Positions 8,888 through 16,372 of a stretch of 64,000 nt of DNA are shown piece by piece. The stretch is taken from positions 28,335 to 92,334 of the forward strand of contig JAUQWZ010000022.1 in assembly GCA_030834905.1 (NCBI GenBank). Reading direction: 5' to 3'. This DNA is from Aggregatilineales bacterium. GTDB lineage: Bacteria > Chloroflexota > Anaerolineae > Aggregatilineales > Phototrophicaceae. Numbering within the stretch: the first letter of the stretch is position 1; every line of letters begins with the position of its first letter. Made by a program: the position numbers and the translations under genes. The notes beneath the pieces are model-generated. The model did not search any database and was not told the DNA's origin. It was given only the letters and a program-made list of their open reading frames with translations.

Positions 8888-10096
8888 ATGAAGAAACCAT
8901 CCTATATTATTTTGCTCATCAACATGATCTTGGTATTCAGTCTTCTAAGTCTCGGCTTAAAAGCTTTTGCTCAGAGTACAAAGGGAGATGTCAGTGCTCT
9001 ATCGTGGAATCAAGATGGGGTGCGGCTCGCTATTGGCTTTGAATCTGGACTAATTGAAGTCGTAAATACACAGACTGGAGAAACGGTATTCACCAACTCG
9101 GCGTTACAACGAGTAGCCTCTTTGGATTGGAGTCCTCTCTATTTAGACTATTTAGCGGTAGGAGGAAACACAGGAAGTCTAGCGGGTACAGTAATTGTTA
9201 TAAACACCCTTTCCAATCAGATTCAATACTCTCTAGAAAGCGGTGAAAGTCTCAGTTCTACCGCGTGGAGTCCTGATGGCACAAAGATTGCAGCAACAAG
9301 TAACATCGTCGGTACACCTATAACTTCAAGGAATGAAGTCCGAGTTTGGGATGCTGGCACAGGAGAGTTATTAACGAATTCGCTGTTCTCCATTGGCCCA
9401 ATCACGTCCATTGCTTGGAGTCCTACTAGTCAGCAGATTGCGGGTTCAACTACTGATCATGTCACGTTGATTTGGGATGTCGCTACGGGAGCGGTCATAC
9501 ATACTCTTACGGGACATACGGACGTAGTAATGTCTGTTGCATGGAGTTCCGACGGTCGTCAGCTAGCTACTACCGGAAGTGTTCTTGACAACACAGTCAG
9601 GATTTGGAACGCAGATACGAGCGAGAACATTTCCTCGTTTCCGAGTAGATTCGGGATAGTGAGATGGAGTGCTGTTGGCAACCTGTTAGCTATTGGCGAG
9701 AGTGGCTCCTTAAGACTCTTGGATGCTGGCACAGGGGAAGAATTTGGATCGATCCAACTGAATGCGGTGAGCCGTGCATTCGCATACAGTCCCTATGGTG
9801 GACGACTTGCATTAGCTGGTTCAGCTCCATCAACTCACACAATGGAGAACGCTGTCCAAACACTTGCCAACGGTGCCGTCCAAATCGTCGTTCCCGTCCC
9901 TTCGCCCGAACGGCTGCAAGCGATTGCCGATGCATGCAACGCGCCTGCCGCTGTCGGGCAATCGCTGACTGCCAGTCTGCAAGCCGACCTACTCAGCAGC
10001 TTCATCGCACAGGTGGAGGCGCTGCCGGAGAACACCATCCCGCCCGCCTGCGCCGCCGATTTGATCGCGGTGGCAGAAGCGCTGCAAAGTCGGTAG
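8888..10096 (+). CDS. Secreted WD40 beta-propeller protein with conserved C-terminal tail (candidate immunity protein 2)
   Basis: AAGGAG RBS; signal peptide ...LKAFA|Q; WD repeats; tail LANGAVQIVVP...ALPENTIPPACAADLIAVAEALQS shared with 1760-2983. Confidence 0.9.
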   Translation: MKKPSYIILLINMILVFSLLSLGLKAFAQSTKGDVSALSWNQDGVRLAIGFESGLIEVVNTQTGETVFTNSALQRVASLDWSPLYLDYLAVGGNTGSLAGTVIVINTLSNQIQYSLESGESLSSTAWSPDGTKIAATSNIVGTPITSRNEVRVWDAGTGELLTNSLFSIGPITSIAWSPTSQQIAGSTTDHVTLIWDVATGAVIHTLTGHTDVVMSVAWSSDGRQLATTGSVLDNTVRIWNADTSENISSFPSRFGIVRWSAVGNLLAIGESGSLRLLDAGTGEEFGSIQLNAVSRAFAYSPYGGRLALAGSAPSTHTMENAVQTLANGAVQIVVPVPSPERLQAIADACNAPAAVGQSLTASLQADLLSSFIAQVEALPENTIPPACAADLIAVAEALQSR

Positions 10097-10138
10097 CATC
10101 ACGCTCACAAAGGGCGCATCCATGCGGGTGCGCCCGTT
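10019..10138 (+). repeat. Arm 2, copy 2
   Basis: 115/120 identical to 2906-3025; hairpin at 10112-10135. Confidence 0.95.
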
Positions 10139-10249
10139 CTCACCCTGTACCCATGTCCATTCGATCTGTATAATGCCTTGTCCTCGCAGCAAACATGGTC
10201 GTTCGCTGTACCCCACTTAGCACTTCCATAAGAACTTTGCTAGAACTCC

Positions 10250-10278
10250 TTGACTGTAACCCCTGCTTTTGCTATAGT
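10250..10278 (+). promoter_or_regulatory. Sigma70-type promoter of groESL
   Basis: TTGACT (10250-10255), 17 bp spacer, TATAGT (10273-10278). Confidence 0.8.
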
Positions 10279-10291
10279 TCGGGGTATGGCA

Positions 10292-10318
10292 TTAGCACTC
10301 AGATGATGCGAGTGCTAA
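10292..10318. promoter_or_regulatory. CIRCE element (HrcA operator)
   Basis: Exact consensus TTAGCACTC-N9-GAGTGCTAA upstream of groES. Confidence 0.97.
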
Positions 10319-10374
10319 GTTTTCGTTTAATCACCCTTTGCAAGTGGGATATCAATACTGGAGGTCATGAGGTT

Positions 10375-10671
10375 ATGCCCGTGAAAATTCGCCCCCTCGG
10401 TGATCGCGTGCTCATAGAGCCGGTCGAGCAGGAAGAGACTATCGCGGGCGGTATGCTGGTGCTGCCAGAAACCGCCAAGGAAAAGCCGCAGCAGGGCAAC
10501 GTCATTGCTGTTGGCGCTGGTCGTCGCGACGACGACGGTGATCGCATTGAGATGGACGTGAAGGCTGGCGATAAGGTGCTGTTCGCCAAATATGCTGGCA
10601 CCGAAGTCAAGCTGGACGGCAAGAAGCTGCTGATCATGAAGGAAACAGACATCCTGGGAATCGTCGAGTAA
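10375..10671 (+). CDS. groES: Co-chaperonin GroES
   Basis: [16 protein letters not shown]...[12 protein letters not shown]; start at ATG 10375 after GAGGT. Confidence 0.98.
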   Translation: MPVKIRPLGDRVLIEPVEQEETIAGGMLVLPETAKEKPQQGNVIAVGAGRRDDDGDRIEMDVKAGDKVLFAKYAGTEVKLDGKKLLIMKETDILGIVE

Positions 10672-10746
10672 TCGACCTGGTTCGCAGGATTTGTTTTTGA
10701 ATTTCCCCCGTACACAAATGACGTATGATGAAACAGGAGAGTGAAT

Positions 10747-12381
10747 ATGGCTGCTAAACAACTGACTTTCCGCGAAGAAGCCCGTCGTGGTCTTCAGCGC
10801 GGTGTCGATAAGCTGGCAGAGGCAGTGAGCACCACCCTTGGTCCTAAGGGACGCAATGTGGCGCTCGATAAGAAATTTGGCGCGCCGACCGTGACCCATG
10901 ACGGCGTGACGGTGGCGAAGGAAATCGAACTCGAAGACCCGTATGAGAACATGGGCGCGCAGCTTCTGAAGGAAGCCGCCACCAAGACCAACGACATTGC
11001 CGGTGACGGCACGACCACCGCCACCGTTCTGGCGCAGGCGATTGTCAACGAAGGTCTGAAGAACGTCGCTGCTGGCGCGAACCCGATGCTGCTCAAGCGC
11101 GGCATCATGGCAGCCGCCGAAGCGATTGCCCGCAACATCAAGGAACAGGCGATTCCCATCAGCACCAAGGACGAGATTGCCAACGTTGCCAGCGTTTCGG
11201 CGCAGGACAGCGAAATCGGCAACCTGATCGCCGAAGTGATGGACAAGGTCGGCAAGGACGGCGTGGTCACGGTCGAAGAAAGCCGTGGTCTTGAGTTTGA
11301 AACCGAGTACGTCGAAGGTATGGCGTTTGACCGTGGCTACATCAGCCCCTACTTCATCACCAATCCTGAGGCGATGGAAGCGGTCATCGAAGAGCCGTAC
11401 ATCCTGATCTACGACAAGAAGGTCAGCGCGGCGCAGGATATCGTGCCTCTGCTGGAGAAGATGGTTCAGATCGGCAAGCGCGACATCGTCATCATCGCCG
11501 AAGACGTTGACGGCGAAGCCCTGGCGACGCTGGTGCTGAACAAGCTGCGCGGTATGCTCAACGTGCTGTCGATCAAGGCTCCCGGCTTTGGCGACCGCCG
11601 CAAGGCAATGCTGGCGGACATCGCCACCCTCACCGGCGGTCTGGTCATCAGCGAAGAGACGGGTCGCAAGCTCGAATCGGTCACGCTTCAGGATCTGGGT
11701 CGCGCGGCGAAGGTTGTTGCTACCAAGGACGAGACCACCATCGTGGACGGCGCTGGCGAAGAGAGCGCCATCAAGGGACGCATCGACCAGATCCGCAAGG
11801 AAATCGAACTGAGCACCAGCGACTATGACCGCGAGAAGCTCCAGGAGCGTCTGGCAAAGCTCAGCGGCGGCGTGGCGGTCATCCGCGTGGGCGCGGCGAC
11901 GGAAACCGAACTGAAAGAGAAGAAGCACCGTGTTGAGGACGCGCTGAGCGCGACCCGCGCAGCCGTTGAAGAGGGTATCGTCCCTGGCGGCGGCGTGGCG
12001 CTGATCAACGCGCTGCCCGCGCTCGACAGCCTCAAGTTCGACAACGAGGACGAGAACACGGGTGTCGTCATCGTCCGGCGGGCGCTGGAAGTGCCGATGA
12101 AGAAGATCGCCGCCAATGCCGGTATTGACGGCGCGGTGGTCATTCAGGAAGTGCGCCGCGCGCAGCAGGCGCAGAAGAACCCGAACATCGGCTACAACGT
12201 CATCACCAACGAGTACGGCGACATGATCGCCGCCGGTATTCCTGACCCGGCGAAGGTGACGCGCGGCGCGGTGGAGAACGCGGCTTCGATTGCCGCCATG
12301 ATCCTGACGACCGAAGTGCTGATCACCGATGCGCCGCAGAAGGAAGCCGCTGCGCCGATGCCGCAGATGCCGGAGTATTAA
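10747..12381 (+). CDS. groEL: Chaperonin GroEL
   Basis: [34 protein letters not shown] motifs; AGGAGA RBS. Confidence 0.99.
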   Translation: MAAKQLTFREEARRGLQRGVDKLAEAVSTTLGPKGRNVALDKKFGAPTVTHDGVTVAKEIELEDPYENMGAQLLKEAATKTNDIAGDGTTTATVLAQAIVNEGLKNVAAGANPMLLKRGIMAAAEAIARNIKEQAIPISTKDEIANVASVSAQDSEIGNLIAEVMDKVGKDGVVTVEESRGLEFETEYVEGMAFDRGYISPYFITNPEAMEAVIEEPYILIYDKKVSAAQDIVPLLEKMVQIGKRDIVIIAEDVDGEALATLVLNKLRGMLNVLSIKAPGFGDRRKAMLADIATLTGGLVISEETGRKLESVTLQDLGRAAKVVATKDETTIVDGAGEESAIKGRIDQIRKEIELSTSDYDREKLQERLAKLSGGVAVIRVGAATETELKEKKHRVEDALSATRAAVEEGIVPGGGVALINALPALDSLKFDNEDENTGVVIVRRALEVPMKKIAANAGIDGAVVIQEVRRAQQAQKNPNIGYNVITNEYGDMIAAGIPDPAKVTRGAVENAASIAAMILTTEVLITDAPQKEAAAPMPQMPEY

Positions 12382-12446
12382 AGCCAGCCCTCATCCCCAG
12401 CCCCTCTCCCTCAGGTAGAGGGGGAATATGCGGGGGTTTCTAAGGC

Positions 12447-12471
12447 GGACACGACATTGTCGTGTCCCTAC
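12447..12471. repeat. REP-like hairpin, family GGACACGAC-N3-GTCGTGTCC(CTAC)
   Basis: Related copies at 13700-13724, 16177-16199, 19343-19367, 41781-41805, 52784-52808 and 54332-54356, all intergenic. Confidence 0.85.
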
Positions 12472-12544
12472 GGTGAATAACGGCAGGGCGATCTCGAATG
12501 AGGTCGCCCTGTTTGATTCCAGCGTGTCCCTACAGGTGATGGGG

Positions 12545-13675
12545 TTAGCGGGGGATGCCCCAGAGGCGCAGGGTGGCGTCGTAGCCGGATGAGGCGAGCA
12601 GCGTGCCATCGGCGTTGAAGGCGAGGGCGGTGACTCCCGAGGCGTGACCTGTGAGCGAAACGAGCGCGGGCGTGTCGGGGCTGGCGAGGGCGGCGGTTAC
12701 GTCCCACAGATGGATGGCGCGGTCGAGGCTGGCGGAAGCGATCAGGCGACCATCGGGGCTGAAGGCGACGGCGGTGACGGCGCGAATATGCCCGAACAGG
12801 CGGGCGCGTTCGCCGCCTGCTGCGGCGTCCAGCAGGCGAACGGTGCCGTCACTGCGACCCTGGGCGATGAGCGTGCCGGTGGGATCGGTGACCTCGGCGG
12901 GCGGGTCTGACGGCTGGCTGATCGGGCGCTGCGCCATCTGCCCGGTCTGGAGATCCCAGGTATAGGCGGAACCGCTGTCTGAGATGGCGGTGACAGCGGT
13001 CGGAGACTCGAACGTCAGGGCGTTGAGGGGACACATGAAGCCGGGGATGGCGCGGCGCTGGAGCGACGGCGATACCATCTCGACTGAATCGCAGTAGCCG
13101 ATGCGGGCGAAGCCGCCGCTGGCGCTGAACGCCAGTTGATCCGGCGAGGCGTAGGACTGACCAAGACTTTCGAGGGTGGCGTACTCGGTCAGCGAGTCCA
13201 TGTTCCAGAGGCGAACGACGCCGCTGCTGTCGCCGCTGGCAAGCAGGGAACCACTGGCGCTGAAGGCGAGGCTGGCGACGGCGTAGAGATGGCTCTCAAA
13301 GCTGGCAAGTGGGGACAGCGAAGCGCTGTCCCAGACGTGGACGGTGCCATCGTCGCTGCCCGCCGCGATATGGCGGGCGCTGAGGGCGAGGCTGGCAGCG
13401 CCTGCTGGCAGTTCCAGCAGAACCGGAGAAGACTCGGGGATGCTGGCGTCGCGCAGCCAGACGCCGATAGACGAGGCGATCCCCAGCGTGTGACCATCGG
13501 GCGACCAGGCGAGGCTGCGGGCGCTGCCGCTGCCCAGCCGGGCGATCTGCGCCAGCGACCCGGCGCTGTCAGGCGTGATGCGATCAAGCGGCGGGAGCAC
13601 AAAATCGCCCTGCGCCCGGACGACGAACGGCAGCAGCAGAGATAGCAGGATGAGCAGGTATCGAAACACGGTCAT
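12545..13675 (-). CDS. Secreted WD40 repeat protein
   Basis: Signal peptide MTVFRYLLILL...VRA|Q; GH...V.A.AFS.DG.L.AS...D.T..LW repeats. Confidence 0.9.
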   Translation of the reverse strand: MTVFRYLLILLSLLLPFVVRAQGDFVLPPLDRITPDSAGSLAQIARLGSGSARSLAWSPDGHTLGIASSIGVWLRDASIPESSPVLLELPAGAASLALSARHIAAGSDDGTVHVWDSASLSPLASFESHLYAVASLAFSASGSLLASGDSSGVVRLWNMDSLTEYATLESLGQSYASPDQLAFSASGGFARIGYCDSVEMVSPSLQRRAIPGFMCPLNALTFESPTAVTAISDSGSAYTWDLQTGQMAQRPISQPSDPPAEVTDPTGTLIAQGRSDGTVRLLDAAAGGERARLFGHIRAVTAVAFSPDGRLIASASLDRAIHLWDVTAALASPDTPALVSLTGHASGVTALAFNADGTLLASSGYDATLRLWGIPR

Positions 13676-13790
13676 GCCTTTACAGATTCGGGACAGGGCG
13701 GACACCACATTGTCGTGTCCCTACTTGGCAGGCGGACAGTTCAATTCTACACTAAGACGCTTGTGAGCAGAACAGCCTGACGACTGCCCG

Positions 13791-14423
13791 ATGGTTCGCC
13801 CGATCCTGCGCCTGATGCCGATTGTGCTGTGCCTGAGCTTCACCGCCACGGCGCTGATGCTGCTGGCGCGCGCCGGGACGACGCCATCGGCGCTGGTCTA
13901 CAGCCAGTTCGAGGCGGGGATCGGGCGTTATTACGTGTATGTCGATGCTGGGCGCGGGATACGCGCCGCGCGGAGAGACGCGCTGCATAACGCGGCGGGC
14001 ATTCAGTCGCGTCCGGTATCGCCCGATGGCTCTATGGTGATCACCACGCGCCCGACAGCGAACGGCGTTGACCTGTTTATCCGCGATATGGGCGACGGCG
14101 TGCCGCGCCGCTTGACCCGGTGGGATGCGTTTGAAACCGGCGATCTGACCGGCGACATGCGCTCGAACACCTACCCGGTCTGGTCGCCGGATGGCGAGTG
14201 GGTGGCGTTCATCTCGTCGGACAGCACCGCGCAGATGGACATCTACACCATACGCCCCGATGGCAGCAACCTGCGCCTGCTGGCATCTGATGTTGGCACG
14301 CCCACGGCGCTGGAGATGCGCTGGGGCAGCTTTCAGGAGCGCCCACTTGACGTGACGGCGCTGCTGGCGGTGGGCGGCGTGCTGGCGCTGCTGATATATC
14401 CCAAATTCCGGCGGCAAAACTGA
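13791..14423 (+). CDS. Membrane protein with PD40/TolB-like repeat
   Basis: N- and C-terminal hydrophobic helices; PVWSPDGEWVAFIS...DIYTIRPDGSNLR. Confidence 0.7.
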   Translation: MVRPILRLMPIVLCLSFTATALMLLARAGTTPSALVYSQFEAGIGRYYVYVDAGRGIRAARRDALHNAAGIQSRPVSPDGSMVITTRPTANGVDLFIRDMGDGVPRRLTRWDAFETGDLTGDMRSNTYPVWSPDGEWVAFISSDSTAQMDIYTIRPDGSNLRLLASDVGTPTALEMRWGSFQERPLDVTALLAVGGVLALLIYPKFRRQN

Positions 14424-14545
14424 TGAGTGACCGAAGGCGCGCGCCGGTGGTTGGGATACGGTTGGGATATCGGTTGAATCGGCGCAGCACGGAAATTTGG
14501 GATATCCTGCCTGTTATCCCAAATTTATCCCAAACAGCGGTCATG

Positions 14546-14572
14546 GTAGGGCGCAGCACGCTGCGCCCCTAC
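14546..14572. repeat. REP-like hairpin, family GGGCGCAGC-N2-3-GCTGCGCCC
   Basis: GTAG...CTAC feet; related copies at 4718-4738, 20066-20094, 21721-21740, 21808-21832, 23401-23427, 56156-56179 and 56221-56244. Confidence 0.85.
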
Positions 14573-14628
14573 GGAATATATCCTCAATGTTCTCCACACC
14601 TACTGATGGGGAATGGGGAAAATCGCGG

Positions 14629-14654
14629 TGACAGTGGGTTTAAACCCACTGTCA
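14629..14654. repeat. Perfect 26-bp palindrome TGACAGTGGGTTTAAACCCACTGTCA
   Basis: Sequence equals its own reverse complement; intergenic. Confidence 0.9.
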
Positions 14655-14844
14655 GGACGGCTGCTGTATCCTTACAATTCCCCACTCCTTACTGATGAGA
14701 ACAGATGTGCGCTCACAGCGCTTTGTGATAAAATCTACCCGGCACTAAAACGAGCAACCGAACAGGCGCAGAAGCACCAACCCAGGACGAGGTTGGGATT
14801 GACGCCACTTTCGTCGGCGATAGGCACGTTCACGAGGCAGAAGC

Positions 14845-15525
14845 ATGAACTTCAGCTTTGATGCGAGATCATCCGATTTGCCGCTGGTCGAATTTATCTG
14901 GCGCACGCAAAGCGACCAACCCGGTACTTTTATGTCTACCGCCGAGAGCAATTGGGAGATGGTCATTACGCGGCAGAAAGGAAAAACATGGCTCACGGTG
15001 CGCGGACCGGAGACGAAGGCATCGCTCGCGCCAGTGCCAGCAGAGGCGGAATTCTTCGGGATTGCCTTTAAGATGGGCACGTTCATGCCTCATCTGCCCG
15101 TCAGGGCGCTGGTAGGCAGAGGCATCAATCTGCCAGAGGCGAACAGCAGCGCTTTCTGGATGGATGGCGCTGCCTGGGAGTTTCCCACGTTTGAAAACGC
15201 GGACACGTTTGTCAGACGGATGATGCGCCAGGAGATGCTGGTGACCGATCCGGTGGTGGAAGCGGTGTTACAAAACCATCCCCACGACTGGTCGATTCGC
15301 ACCGTCCGGCGGCGGTTCGTGCAGGCAACCGGACTGACGCACAAAGCGATCCAGCAGATCGGACGCGCCAAAGAAGCGGTAGCGCTGCTGAAGCAAGGGC
15401 GACCAATCCTCGACGTAGTCTACGAAACTGGCTACTTCGATCAGGCGCACATGACCAAATCGCTGAAGCATTTTCTCGGACAAACGCCAGCGCAAATCCT
15501 CAAGGTCAGCCAACCGAATCAGTGA
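14845..15525 (+). CDS. AraC family transcriptional regulator
   Basis: C-terminal GYFDQAHMTKSLKHFLGQTP helix-turn-helix. Confidence 0.9.
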   Translation: MNFSFDARSSDLPLVEFIWRTQSDQPGTFMSTAESNWEMVITRQKGKTWLTVRGPETKASLAPVPAEAEFFGIAFKMGTFMPHLPVRALVGRGINLPEANSSAFWMDGAAWEFPTFENADTFVRRMMRQEMLVTDPVVEAVLQNHPHDWSIRTVRRRFVQATGLTHKAIQQIGRAKEAVALLKQGRPILDVVYETGYFDQAHMTKSLKHFLGQTPAQILKVSQPNQ

Positions 15526-15604
15526 CCCTTTTTTACAAGACCTGGCTGCCAGTTTCATCTATCCTGTAGACATAGACCAACGTATTACTCATGAGGAGCA
15601 TATC

Positions 15605-16141
15605 ATGCGCAAATTAGTTGTCACTGAATTCCTATCCCTTGACGGCGTGATGGAAAACCCGGGGTGGACGTTTCCTTACTGGAATGACGAAACCGCCAAA
15701 TTCAAGGGCGATGAGGGTGAAGCCGCTGATGCCCTGCTGCTGGGGCGCGTGACCTATGATGGGTTTGCGGCAGCCTGGCCCACCAGCAAGGACGAAGGGG
15801 CAGACTACTTCAACAGCATCCGCAAATACGTGGTGACCACGACGCTCGACAAGGCGGAGTGGAACAACTCTGTCCTGATCAAAGAGGACGTCGTGGAAGA
15901 AATCAACCGGCTCAAGCAGCAGGATGGCAAGAACATCATCGTTCACGGCAGCGGCAGGCTGATTAAAACCCTGATGCAGCACGATCTGGTGGATGAATAC
16001 CGCTTTCTCATCTATCCGCTTGTGCTGGGCAAGGGGCAGCGCCTGTTTGACGACGACCACACGGTGAAGCTGAAGCTGGTCGAGTCCAGTGCTACCAGTA
16101 AAGGCGTTGTCGCGGTAGTCTACGAGCCGATGCGCCAGTAA
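15605..16141 (+). CDS. Dihydrofolate reductase-like (RibD C-terminal domain) protein
   Basis: FLSLDGVM, LLGRVTY, GSGRLI...LVDEY...YPLVLGKGQRLF. Confidence 0.9.
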   Translation: MRKLVVTEFLSLDGVMENPGWTFPYWNDETAKFKGDEGEAADALLLGRVTYDGFAAAWPTSKDEGADYFNSIRKYVVTTTLDKAEWNNSVLIKEDVVEEINRLKQQDGKNIIVHGSGRLIKTLMQHDLVDEYRFLIYPLVLGKGQRLFDDDHTVKLKLVESSATSKGVVAVVYEPMRQ

Positions 16142-16344
16142 ACCGACGATTGGCTGCAATGGAACAAGTGACTTCACGGACACCACAATGTGGTGTCCGT
16201 TTTGATTGCTGCCAATAACCAGTGGCACGCTTCAGACGCGGACACAGCATAGAGACAGTGTTAAGCCTGTGCCAGCACAAACGCCGACTATAATAAAGTA
16301 ACACCAGGGTATCAGATACCCGACAGTGAAAAGGACGCTTCACC

Positions 16345-16372
16345 TATGAGTATGAGCGTATGAGTATGAGCG
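16345..16372 (+). repeat. Perfect 14-bp tandem duplication over the kinase start codon
   Basis: TATGAGTATGAGCG x2 (16345-16358 and 16359-16372). Confidence 0.95.

Noticed and set aside
10327-11928. 533-aa minus-strand ORF
   Set aside because: Antisense shadow of groES/groEL.
12545-13675. Third secreted WD40 gene as another immunity protein
   Set aside because: Lacks the conserved tail and arm 2, has no upstream arm-1 gene, has host-like GC and lies beyond groEL on the opposite strand.
14637-14644. GTTTAAAC at the palindrome centre as the target of the local restriction enzyme
   Set aside because: The enzyme's specificity cannot be derived from sequence by eye; the match to a known restriction site is probably incidental.
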